Below, piece by piece: positions 51,387 to 64,000 of a DNA stretch of 64,000 nucleotides. The position numbers and the translations under genes are program-made. Each line of letters opens with the position of its first letter. Within the stretch, counting starts at the first letter, position 1. A model generated the notes under the pieces. That model was given only the letters and a program-made list of their open reading frames with translations, did not search any database and was not told the origin of the DNA. Source of the DNA: Adineta vaga (taxonomy: Eukaryota > Animalia > Rotifera); NCBI GenBank assembly GCA_021613535.1, contig CP075496.1, forward strand, positions 6,386,001 through 6,450,000, given 5' to 3'.

Positions 51387-54300
51387 ATAACGAGTGAAAC
51401 AGTTCGTGTTATCGTTCGTTGTCGACCTATGAATCAACGTGAAATCGATTTAACATGTCGAGTAAGATACATTTTCGCTAAATACTTTCATTTTTTTATT
51501 TTATTTCACAGACAATCATTTCTATGGATACACAATTGAATCAAGTCTTGTTAGAAACTATTGAACAACGGAATGAACCACCTAAACAATTTACTTTCGA
51601 TGCAGTATATCCAGAAAATTCTGTAACAGAAACTTTATATGCTGATTCAGTATTTCCATTGGTTGAAAATGCAAGTTGAAACATGCGAAAAAGAAATGAT
51701 GAAATGATAATTTATGATTTATTTCAGGTACTTGAAGGATACAATGCAACTGTATTTGCGTATGGTCAAACAGGGTATTGATTTATGTTTTTTCTTACTA
51801 TAATATAACATAAAAATTTCATGTCTAGATGTGGAAAATCTTATACTATGCAAGGAATGAATAATACGTCTGGATCATCACAACGTGGTGTTATACCTCG
51901 ATCATTTGAAGTACGACTTTTCCTTATGTTCTAAAACAATATCAATCATTTTTCTCGATCTAACACTTATTTCTAGCATATATTCGAAGCATCATCAGTA
52001 ACAGCTGGTACAAAATATTTGATTCGTGCATCCTATCTTGAAATTTATAATGAAAGCATTCGTGATCTTCTTAGTAAAGATGTAAAAGCATCACTTGATT
52101 TGAAAGTAATAAACTCTCTGAAATAACTAATTGAAATTCGTTTTTGTCTCAAGGAACATGTAGATAAAGGTGTTTATGTACCAAATTTAACATGGCATCA
52201 ATGTACAAATGTGAACGATTGTGAACGTTTGATGGATAAGGGCAATAAGAATCGAGCAACAGGTGCTACACTTATGAATAAAGACTCATCTCGATCTCAT
52301 TCAATTTTTACTATTCTAACGGAAATGTGTACTCAAAGTGAACTCGATGGAAAAGAACATATTCGAGCTGGAAAATTGAATTTAGTTGATTTGGCTGGAA
52401 GTGAACGACAATCAAAAACACGTACGTTTGAAATTATTTTCATTTGAGTAGATTTCACCTCCGTTTCAAATGTAGATGCTGAAGGCGATCGTCTTCGTGA
52501 AGCTACTCGAATCAATTTATCACTTAGTGCTTTGGGCAATGTTATTTCTGCTTTGGTCGATGGACGTTCAAAACATATCCCATATCGTGATTCAAAATTA
52601 ACACGTCTTCTACAAGATTCACTGGGTGGTAATACGAAAACATTAATGGTATTTATTTTCTCATCATTCAAATCATTACATTTAAATATCTATTTTCTTT
52701 TCTTTCTGTTAAAGATTGCTGCAATAAGTCCAGCACATGATAATTATGAAGAAACACTTTCAACACTACGATGTATGATTATATTTAATCTTTTAAACTA
52801 ATGATTTATATATCTACCTAGATGCTAATCGAGCAAAAAATATTAAGAATAAACCTCATATTAATGAAGATCCACGTGATGCACAAATGAGGATTTTACA
52901 AGAAGAAATCAATCGTCTTAAACAAGAACTTCTTGATGTTGGTAATGTCAATCGTGATAATCAATCATTGCCATCCGATGGCAAAGTAAGTTTGCTTGTT
53001 TTCATACTATTGTCAGCCAATCGTGTATGTTCATCAATATCTAAAGCATCCCATGGATAAACAATCCATTCTCCACTCACATGTTCTCCAACAAAATAAG
53101 AATCTTTCATTAAATTATCCGGTAATTTTCCACGTTTTGGAATTGATTTGTTATGTACAACAAAAATACCTAGTTTTGGTTCAATCCATTCTTGCGTCGA
53201 TGATTCTCGTTGTTTAGCAATATCTTTTTCCAGTTCACTTACAGCATAGCTTAATGTTGTACGTGTTTCATCAACTTCATCAATAATAAGAATACGTTGA
53301 CCACTAAATGATATTGCTAATGGATCATTTGTTACATCTGTTGAAATCCATTGAGTTTTATAAATTTCATTTGTATTACTTTCATATAAACATAATCCAA
53401 TAGTTTGAATCGGTAATGATTTACCACCAAGTTCCGATTTAAGAATATTTCGTAAAATTCGTGCGGGTAGAAATCCACCTGCACTTATTGCAATGAGCAA
53501 TGTTGGTGAAAATGTTTGAGAAAGTTGAGTTCTTTGAACAGTTTGTCGAATAATATCATGTAATTGGTTGTATGAAACGTATACTTTATTCGTATCAGCA
53601 GACATATTTCGTACCTACTATTATCTTATCCTGTTTGAAAAAGAAAATGCGTAATGATAAAGAATAGAATGAGAACAAGAAAAGAATGTAGGATCGTTTT
53701 TACATGCACGTGTTTTATTTCTAGGGGTTCCAGGTCAACTATGATGAAGAAATTGAAAGAGAAAAAGAAAGATTACGTATGGAATTCGAATGTGAAGCAG
53801 GAGAATTACGTCGACAATGTGAAGATGAACGTTTAACAAATCATGAATTACAACAGAAATACAATGACTTAAAAGAACAATATGATGGTGATATCAATGC
53901 TTTAGAAGGTTATAATCTTCAAACAAAAGGTAAAAAGAAAGGTAGATTGGGTAAACAAACAAATGATGGAAATGATCGTTCACCAAGATTGATGAATTCT
54001 CAAGAGAAACTTCAACGTTTACATGAATTAGAAAATAAACTCATCGGTGGAGAAGAAATAAATAATGAAGAACAGAAAAAGAAACGAAAGAAGAAATTGA
54101 ATGAAATGCGTGAAAAACAAGAACAACGAAAACGATTAACAAAAGCAATTGAAACCAATGATGATGATGTTATGATGCGAGTTTTTGACAATGCACAAGA
54201 AGAGGTTTATTTCAGTTTTTTTTTGTTTGTTATTAATATTTGATGAAAATCTAATTTTAGTTGCATTTTACATCGAAGAAACTCGAACAATTACATTTAG

Positions 54301-54908
54301 AGAATAAACGTTTGAAAAGAGATAATGACGATTTACAACATGAATTTGAAATTGATCGTCAAAGTTATTTGAATACGATGCGTACACAAGAAAAACAATT
54401 ACTTCTTTATCGTACTATGCTCGAAAAGATGAGTAATATTATGGAACGTAATTGTAATTATAGTAATCTTGATAAAATCATTGAAAAAGCTCGTTATGAT
54501 GAAGAAAGAAATGTTTATTATATTCCGGATCCAATTCGAGAAGAAGTACAATTTCCACAAGTTGCTAATTTACCAACAACAGGAATAAGTCGTAATACGC
54601 AAAATGATTTCAATTCTCCATCACCAATGAATTATACTTATTCAGGTCAAATGTCTAATCTTGATTCCGAAGAACTTGAACGACGTTATGGACGAAATGT
54701 TGATACATCAACTGTACCAATGAATAAAACGCGAAATAAACGACAAGAACAATTATTGAATGAAAATGCTCTATTGAAAAGTATTAAAACAAATCCAACA
54801 CAAACAAATAATCTCGAGAGTGATTATCTTACTCGTCGTTTCAGTCCTTTTGAACCGCCAGTACCTCGCCTTAGTCGCCGATATGGTCATTCATCAGATA
54901 AACAATAA
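51387..54908 (+). CDS. KIF17: Homodimeric kinesin-2 motor KIF17/OSM-3, multi-exon; start codon anomalous
   Basis: [12 protein letters not shown]-loop AYGQTG|[48 protein letters not shown]17-type tail [20 protein letters not shown]. Intron 52986-53724 hosts a nested gene. Confidence 0.9.
52961..53605 (-). CDS. Type I purine phosphoribosyltransferase (fungal Hpt1/Xpt1-like HGPRT/XPRT), intronless, nested in the KIF17 intron
   Basis: [30 protein letters not shown]-binding loop [26 protein letters not shown] and [12 protein letters not shown] are all characteristic of yeast Hpt1/Xpt1. Confidence 0.9.
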   Translation of the reverse strand: MSADTNKVYVSYNQLHDIIRQTVQRTQLSQTFSPTLLIAISAGGFLPARILRNILKSELGGKSLPIQTIGLCLYESNTNEIYKTQWISTDVTNDPLAISFSGQRILIIDEVDETRTTLSYAVSELEKDIAKQRESSTQEWIEPKLGIFVVHNKSIPKRGKLPDNLMKDSYFVGEHVSGEWIVYPWDALDIDEHTRLADNSMKTSKLTLPSDGND

Positions 54909-56312
54909 AATATTACAAATTCGTGCAAATAAAAGCTCACTCATATTCTCTCCGTCTCGGTGATTATTACCTTCTTCTTCGTTTTTTTCTACTAGTCATA
55001 CAAATTTCAATATTATATCTGCTCAATATAGATGTGAATATAAATATCATTTGTATCTGCTACTTTTCTCGGTGATATTATATATTACGTCTTAATATTT
55101 TCTTTTTGCTTAAATGTATATTTAAAAAATATACTAATTCTCTTTCATGTAATATCATTATAAATCTGTTCATATTTTAATAAAAGCTTTATTAGATGTT
55201 GTGAAGTTTTCATCGTTCTATCCAAATTAAAACATTGCTAACTCAACGTGATGATTGATATGATCACACCATATACATATGTATATTCTTCAAATTCATC
55301 AGTTGATGTTTTTCCAGTATACCTTAGATATAATATAAAAGAAGCAGAACAAAAATTTGGTTTCATTCTTTGCACGTTCCAATAGCAAAACTTTCGAAGA
55401 GAATAGAAATATATTTATAGATACTTTAACATTTAATGTATGGAAAGTAACATGAACTCAATTATTTATTCATGAAATTCATTTTTTTCTGATCTATAAT
55501 AATGAATGCTTTATTATATTATAGATGTACAACGAGAAATATTTTCTTATTTAATAAAAGATTGATGATGGCACGGAAATACTTTTGCTACGGAATTAAC
55601 AATATTAAAAACCGAGGACTCTTTTAAATCTATACTACAAATAGATAAAAATATTTCCTTCAGTCATTCGCTAAGTCATCTATTGATTTATCGATTCTAG
55701 TGCGAGAAAGACTATCCTTTTTCTTTTTCTTTTGATTGATGATCCAATATTTCTCACCCATGCTGAGATCATGTATATTCACACCTTGTCAGTCATTATT
55801 GTTAAAAACAAAATGTGTCAATATTGTTCGTTCCTTCATCCTATATCTCTTCAGAGCCAAAACAGAAGTCATTGAATGAATTATTTCTATAGACTGATAA
55901 TAGAGTGTTAATGTACAAGTAAAAATTCAATAGAAGAGAGAGAAAAAAAGATGAGATAGGTAACATACGTCTAATGCATACGATTAGTGTGTATACATTT
56001 AGGTCAATTGAAGACGAAGAGAGAAAGAGAGAGAGAGAACAGAAGACGCGATAACAATCGTCACTTTTTTTTTCATCAACCGACTTGATTGGTGTGTGCG
56101 TGTATGAGTCCTGCTGAGAGTGATGGAAAAAGAGATTGCACCAGCCGGTCTATGATTGCACTCGTAAGAGAAAAAAGGAACGAGAGAGAGAGAAAAGGAG
56201 CAAAGGAGAAAAAACGAAAGAAATTATTATTGAATAAGACATAAGAAACACAATACACACATATTTAGTATTATATCTGTATATATATATATATAAACAT
56301 ACACACACATAT

Positions 56313-57574
56313 TCAAGCTGATATGTCTGTATCGGTTGAACCGTCTGACTTGGAATCTGGACTACAAATATCTTCATTGCCATCAAAACTCGATTTATGT
56401 CGTTTGATTAGACATGGTTGTTCAGGTGCTAGAAGACTATCGACATCGAAACAACGTTTTCGTTGGTTTTGTGTTGTTGATAATGGACGAAGAGGTGTCG
56501 ATGTTGTGGTCGTTGTTATAGCTGGATTTCGGCTCGTATTCAATGATTGTGGTGGTGATGGAAAGAATAATTGTGAATTATGATTTTGTTGTTGTTGTTG
56601 TTGCTGTTGTTCTAATCGAGATGCAACAACACGTTGCATGTCATCAAAATATCGTTGTAGAAGAGTTGGTGTTACACCTGTACTGTTTGCTGTCGTTGTT
56701 GAAGAAGATGAAGAGGAAGAAAGTGAGAGATCAGTTACATTTGGACGTAATTCATCAGATGGAAATTTCGTTAAAGGACTAGAAGAAAAAATCGAAAGAA
56801 AGAAATATATATATATATCAGTCAATAAAGTGATATAGTCATGATTGTGTATCATCGAAGACTATGATCTAAGTAATACAAATTCTGATTCTTCTTTTTT
56901 TTGTGATTTACTTACTGTTCAAAATGATGATCGGTTCCATTGGTTGGTAAAATTTCGTCTTCATCTTCTTCATCATCAGGTACGGATAATCCCATACTTT
57001 TTCTGACACGTCGTTGTGCTCGTCGTCGTCGAAAATCTCCACTACTAAAATCAGCTAAATTAGCTGGATGAATACTCCAATAATGACCTTTGCCATTTGC
57101 TGAACGACCAGCTTTGATAAAACAGTCATTCAAAGAAAGATTATGTCGAATAGAATTACGCCAACCAGGACCACGTGCACGAAAATAAGCATAATGATCT
57201 AATATCCATTGATAGATATCGGAAAGAACAAGTTTTCGTTCAGGTGAACTTAAAATAGCCATGGCAATAAGTCCAATATAGGAATAGGACGGTTTGGGTT
57301 CTTCACGAAGAAGACAACGTAATCTAGGATCATGCCGTTGATGAAATGCATATAAAGAATGTGGATCATTAAATGATGGATGATGTGGACCAGAATTTCC
57401 TGTTAATGCTGATGATCCTGGTGGTGGTGGTGGAGGTCCGCCGCTGAAACGAAGTCGGACAGCATAGTCATATAATTGTTGTTGAGCAGCAAGTAACATC
57501 GGATAATTTGGATGATGAGAGAGAGATGGTTGTGGAAATGAAATATCACCATTAACTATTGGTTCTTTTTGCAT
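56313..57574 (-). CDS. FoxQ2: Forkhead transcription factor FoxQ2 (fd102C-like); exons 57574-56916 and 56778-56313
   Basis: [33 protein letters not shown]...[51 protein letters not shown], plus a C-terminal eh1 motif FDVDSLLA. Confidence 0.93.
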
Positions 57575-60500
57575 GGTACTGATGACCACAGGGGAATTGT
57601 TTATATGTGTGTATGCCGCCGTCGTTCCGCTCGTTTTCTCACAAACAACTTGTTGTTCTATGATTGGTCTCTCTGTTTGCAAAAAAAACCGGTTTGCTCC
57701 GTTTTTCGCCCTCCTAACTAATTCATCTTTCTCTCTCTTTTTCTCTTTTTCTTTTCTTTCTTTCTCTTCATCGAGAAGAGAGCGAGAGAGAAAACGCAAA
57801 ATATTTGTGTGTCGTTTGCTTCACAACAAACAGAACGCACCCAGCGAGATAGAGTGGTGGTGCTGTATCGGACAACATTATTCTGATCTATTCATAATGA
57901 ATAGCTAAGGAAAGAGAAAAGAAAATGTCATACATGCAAACGTCTTTTGATTGGTTCAAAGACTACAAGCAGAAAAAATGAGAGCAAATAAATCCTCATT
58001 GGGTAAAGAGAAAATGACGAAACGAAGAGGAAGCAAAAGAAAAAGAAAGAAAAAAAAGATAGAAACAAACAGAAATATTTATGCTTTTTTCAACTCAATT
58101 AATTTCTATTTATACTCAGAATAAAAAACTTTCAATATATTTATATATATATATATAAATAAATCAAAGAAATATTTGATTGGTTAAGAAAAGAAAAACG
58201 CTTTGCATATTGATCTCCTGGTGTGTTGAAGATTAATTGTACTGTTTAGTTATTCTTTTCAAATCATATAATTATATTTAAATGTAAAATTACTTTAAAT
58301 ATAAATAAAGATATATTTTCAAATAAATGATCCAAAGTATTATTTCAGACGAAAAGGTCAATGTTATTTGGAGAAGAAAATGTAAGAAAGGTGGTGTTTA
58401 AAAATTGAATAGACATTTCTTTTTCTTTTTTTTGTCATTGTTTAACATAAATTTTTATAATTTATTTATAAAACATACACTTAAATGCAGAACAAGTTCT
58501 TTCTTTTTTTTTTAAATTTCCTTGATAGAAAAAATGTTCAACGTTCGAAGTAAAGAAAAAGGTCTAATTACTTTCTTCTTCTTCTTCTTCTTCTTACAAT
58601 CTTTCGTTTACTTCGAACACGCTCGATTGATTTTTTACATCATTGATTTACGGATGTACACCAAGCAAAGTGCTCTTTTCGTATCTTTTGATTCATCAAG
58701 AGTCTAATCAAATGTGTCACTTTGTAAATGCATGCCCGATGTCCCACCCTTTTCCTCCGTTATCATCATCACCAACACCATCATGCCCATACATACATAT
58801 ATGCATATATGTGAAGACAAAAATCTATTGTGTGAAATGTTCTTATCGAATATTAACTGTTAATTGATCGAAAAAGCATGATTCTTCTTACACCATCAAT
58901 ATTTTAGTTCTATTTGATTATGATTTGAAATATATTGATAAAATGAAATCAAAAAGAAAAGAAAAGAAGAAGGAAAAGAAAGAAAAAAAAGGAACGAGAT
59001 GACTATCATTGCAATTGCATAGAAAGTAAATCGACAAGAAAATTACAAGTCACGCAATGAGAAAAAGAAAAAAATGTATGAAAGAATGAACGACTTATTA
59101 ATTCAAATTCTGACCAGGAGGGACATGTCATCATTTTTTTGTCTTGTTTTTTTTTCTACGAATCACAACATCATATTTGCCGCCACTAACGACATTATAG
59201 TCTTTGTCGTTACTATTAAATAGCTGAAAGACAAATATGCTCATTCTTTTCTAACTAAATGATATTAACGTCTCATCGGGAGTCCCATCATACACATACA
59301 CACGCAAAGAATGTTGAATCAACCCAATTTGATAGAAAAAGAAGAAGAATGCGAACAAAAGCTTGCTGATCTCTATGCATGCGGATGTTAGACTGATCAA
59401 ATTATGTACTAAGTATAAAGTTGCCGAACGTTAAGATGGCCACTTTAGAATGCAAAAGTTTTCATTCATATATCTCTTTTTTCTATATTTGTAAGAAATA
59501 TTTGAATGAAAAAAAAAACTACTAAGAAGACGACGACAAGCACAATTCCGTTTTGAATGTCAAATTCCGGAAAATGAACACTCCATGTCAATCTTGCAAT
59601 GTGTTCTCGCACTAGCGAAAGGTGTGACCAATTTTCATCATATTTTCGATGACCACATCTGTCTTAAAATTTTCTTTCTTTTTTTGTACCAGTTTATGAT
59701 GCATCTATCGGTGTATGTGTGTCACTATTCATCTCCGTTCTTTCACATGCTTAACTGAAGAGTACAATTTCACGACTTTGTTTGATCGAAACTATACATA
59801 CTGAAAAGAGAATGAAAAAAAAAGTAATCCTAATGAATTGCTCTTGAAAATTCAAGAATGGACACCAGTTGTATTGTATTGAGAAGAATAACGACGGATG
59901 TCGTGCTTTTTTTCTTTTTATTCCACGCTAGTTTCGATGAGGTAGGCGTTTTGTATATACAGGTAGAGATTGAGTGAGCGGCAATGAAGAGAAGAAGTTG
60001 ATTAATTTTGATTGTCCTGAACTATTTACATACAAATCTTGACAATGCTGATAATCATAATTTGTCTTAGTCACACAATGATTGAGAAACGGAGAAAAAA
60101 TGATTGAGACTTACTGCTGAGTGATGGCGACAATATTTTATTTAGATAGGCAGGTGGAGATGGTGTCATCAACGGAACTGCCATAGCTAGACAGGAGATG
60201 ATTTCTTGCTGTGCAGTCACTATAGTTATCACTTCCGATGATGACTAAAACTGGTATCAATACACGCAATCGAATCAGTGTCAATTCGCTTTCGTATATT
60301 CAATTTCATTAACGGTATATACACATACACTGCAGGTATAGGACAGCGAGAGAGAGACAACAAGCTGAGACACGCCATATACAAGTATGTTTCCCATATA
60401 CACCTGATGCCGTGTTTAATGGATAGCTAGTTGATTTTTTCCTCTTCAGCAAGAAAATTAATTGCATGTATGATATACGTTGAATGAATTTTTTCAAATA

Positions 60501-61485
60501 AATAAAAGGAAAAGAAAACAAGACTTGATTGTATCATATGTCATTAGAAAACTTGATTGAGTGGAAAACGACTGATGATGATGTTCAAATTGTATTATTA
60601 GTCTTTTGATTCATATGTATATCATATTGCTGATTGATAGAGAAAAGACGACAATGAGTAAAAGCAATTCTCTCATTTGCTATTGGATGTGTGTATATAA
60701 CAATGAAAAAGAACAACTCGTCTTGCTCATTGGGGATATGATAGACACTTGGAAAATTTATCAAATGAATGTGTCTGCTGAATTAATCAAAATGAGTAGG
60801 ATGAGACTTGTTTCGTGTTTAAAAACACAAAATGATTACAGAATTGATTGGAACGATATCAACATTTCTTTCTTTCTTTTATGCATCAATCATCGAATCG
60901 ATTTCAATGGTAATAGAAAATATACTTTGTAATAAAAGAAAAAGATTCTAAATCAACATTTTTCGAAACAGTCTCATTTACAAATTTAGTATGAATACAA
61001 CAAAAAAAATATTAGAATAGCTGTACCGGTTTATATCATTGGGCATATATCATCTTAGAAAGCACCAAAGATATTTTCTTAATCCTTCGAGGATCGATCA
61101 TGCACTTTTTTTTCGGTACGGAGAGTAAAGAGGTGACCTTCCAGTAACAATACTTATTCTTATTTTTTCCAAATTGTGTTTTTCATGCTATCATATATCA
61201 AAAATTAATCCTTAAATAAAACGAAAAAAATAGAATAAAATTTAGACATACCCATTTCAACTGCAATTACGCAGTTATATAAGAAGTATTTGTTACAGAA
61301 AAAAACACCTACAAATTACAATAGCATTTAATCTTTGCAAAAAAATCTATGTCATTGTGATGAAACCTTCTCGAACGTTCGTCATCAGTTTTTTTCTTTA
61401 TAATCCATTCGATTTCTAACCATCTGTCTGTTTTTCTTTGAAAACAGTAGTATCAATTTACTAATGATCCTATATAATCAAATAA

Positions 61486-63662
<2,177 letters not shown>

Positions 63663-63851
63663 AAAGTCATTTTCTTCTTGAATTTTACAGTACAAAAAGA
63701 TTATTTTATTTTCCTCTATGATCCAATAAAGAATTGACTAGAAATAAAAAAAACATACAAAAAAAAAGATTTCTGATAATTTTTATCTTAATGACTTTAT
63801 TTTTACACAGAAATATCATGCAAGAAAGAAGATTAAATAGCACAAAATAAT

Positions 63852-64000
63852 TCATTCTTGATTAATTTGTTCATTCTCATCATCGAGAAATTCTACATAT
63901 GTAAATGGAAATGTTCCTTGACGATTCGATTTTATTAATGTACCTTCACATTGACCATTACTTTCAGCACGATTAACAATTAATAAATCACCTATTTGCA
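63852..64000 (-). CDS. CRK: 3' end of adaptor Crk/CrkL (C-terminal SH3), truncated by the window edge
   Basis: Minus-strand translation QIGDLLIVNRAESNGQCEGTLIKSNRQGTFPFTYVEFLDDENEQINQE* matches the Crk cSH3 (GD.V.V....NGQWEG....R.G.FPFT.V). Confidence 0.8.
   Translation of the reverse strand, partial: QIGDLLIVNRAESNGQCEGTLIKSNRQGTFPFTYVEFLDDENEQINQE

Noticed and set aside
57575-57799. N-terminal extension of the FoxQ2 ORF
   Set aside because: Begins at a non-ATG codon and translates purine-rich 5' UTR-like sequence. The first ATG is at 57574.

Overview
AT-rich eukaryotic (metazoan) genomic DNA with gene models split by many short (~50-65 bp) GT-AG introns. The intron size, base composition and intron-bearing genes of microbial type suggest a bdelloid rotifer (inference). 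About 18 protein-coding genes, in order: MGAT4 (-), two tandem secreted GHL10/YddW(DigH)-like glycoside hydrolases with an added Cys-rich N-terminal domain (-), SEC24 (-), a protocadherin-like gene (-), a complete DEKA-type Nav1 sodium channel (-), TMEM221/Jiraiya-like (+), an orphan low-complexity gene (-), a putative secreted LRR-like/NHL-propeller protein (+), Boule-like RRM (-) head-to-head with UBAP2L/lingerer-like (+), RSU1 (+) hosting a nested antisense spliced microprotein gene, KIF17/OSM-3 kinesin (+) hosting a nested antisense fungal-type purine phosphoribosyltransferase, FoxQ2 (-), animal-type alpha-amylase (+) and the 3' end of Crk (-). The most notable points are the domesticated, domain-fused candidate peptidoglycan hydrolase pair and two consecutive nested antisense genes, both ending at the host's 5' splice site. 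Also notable are an apparently missing kinesin start codon, a let-7-like 22-mer, and functional-site substitutions in Nav and amylase. All calls come from reading the sequence and recalled family motifs; no searches were run.
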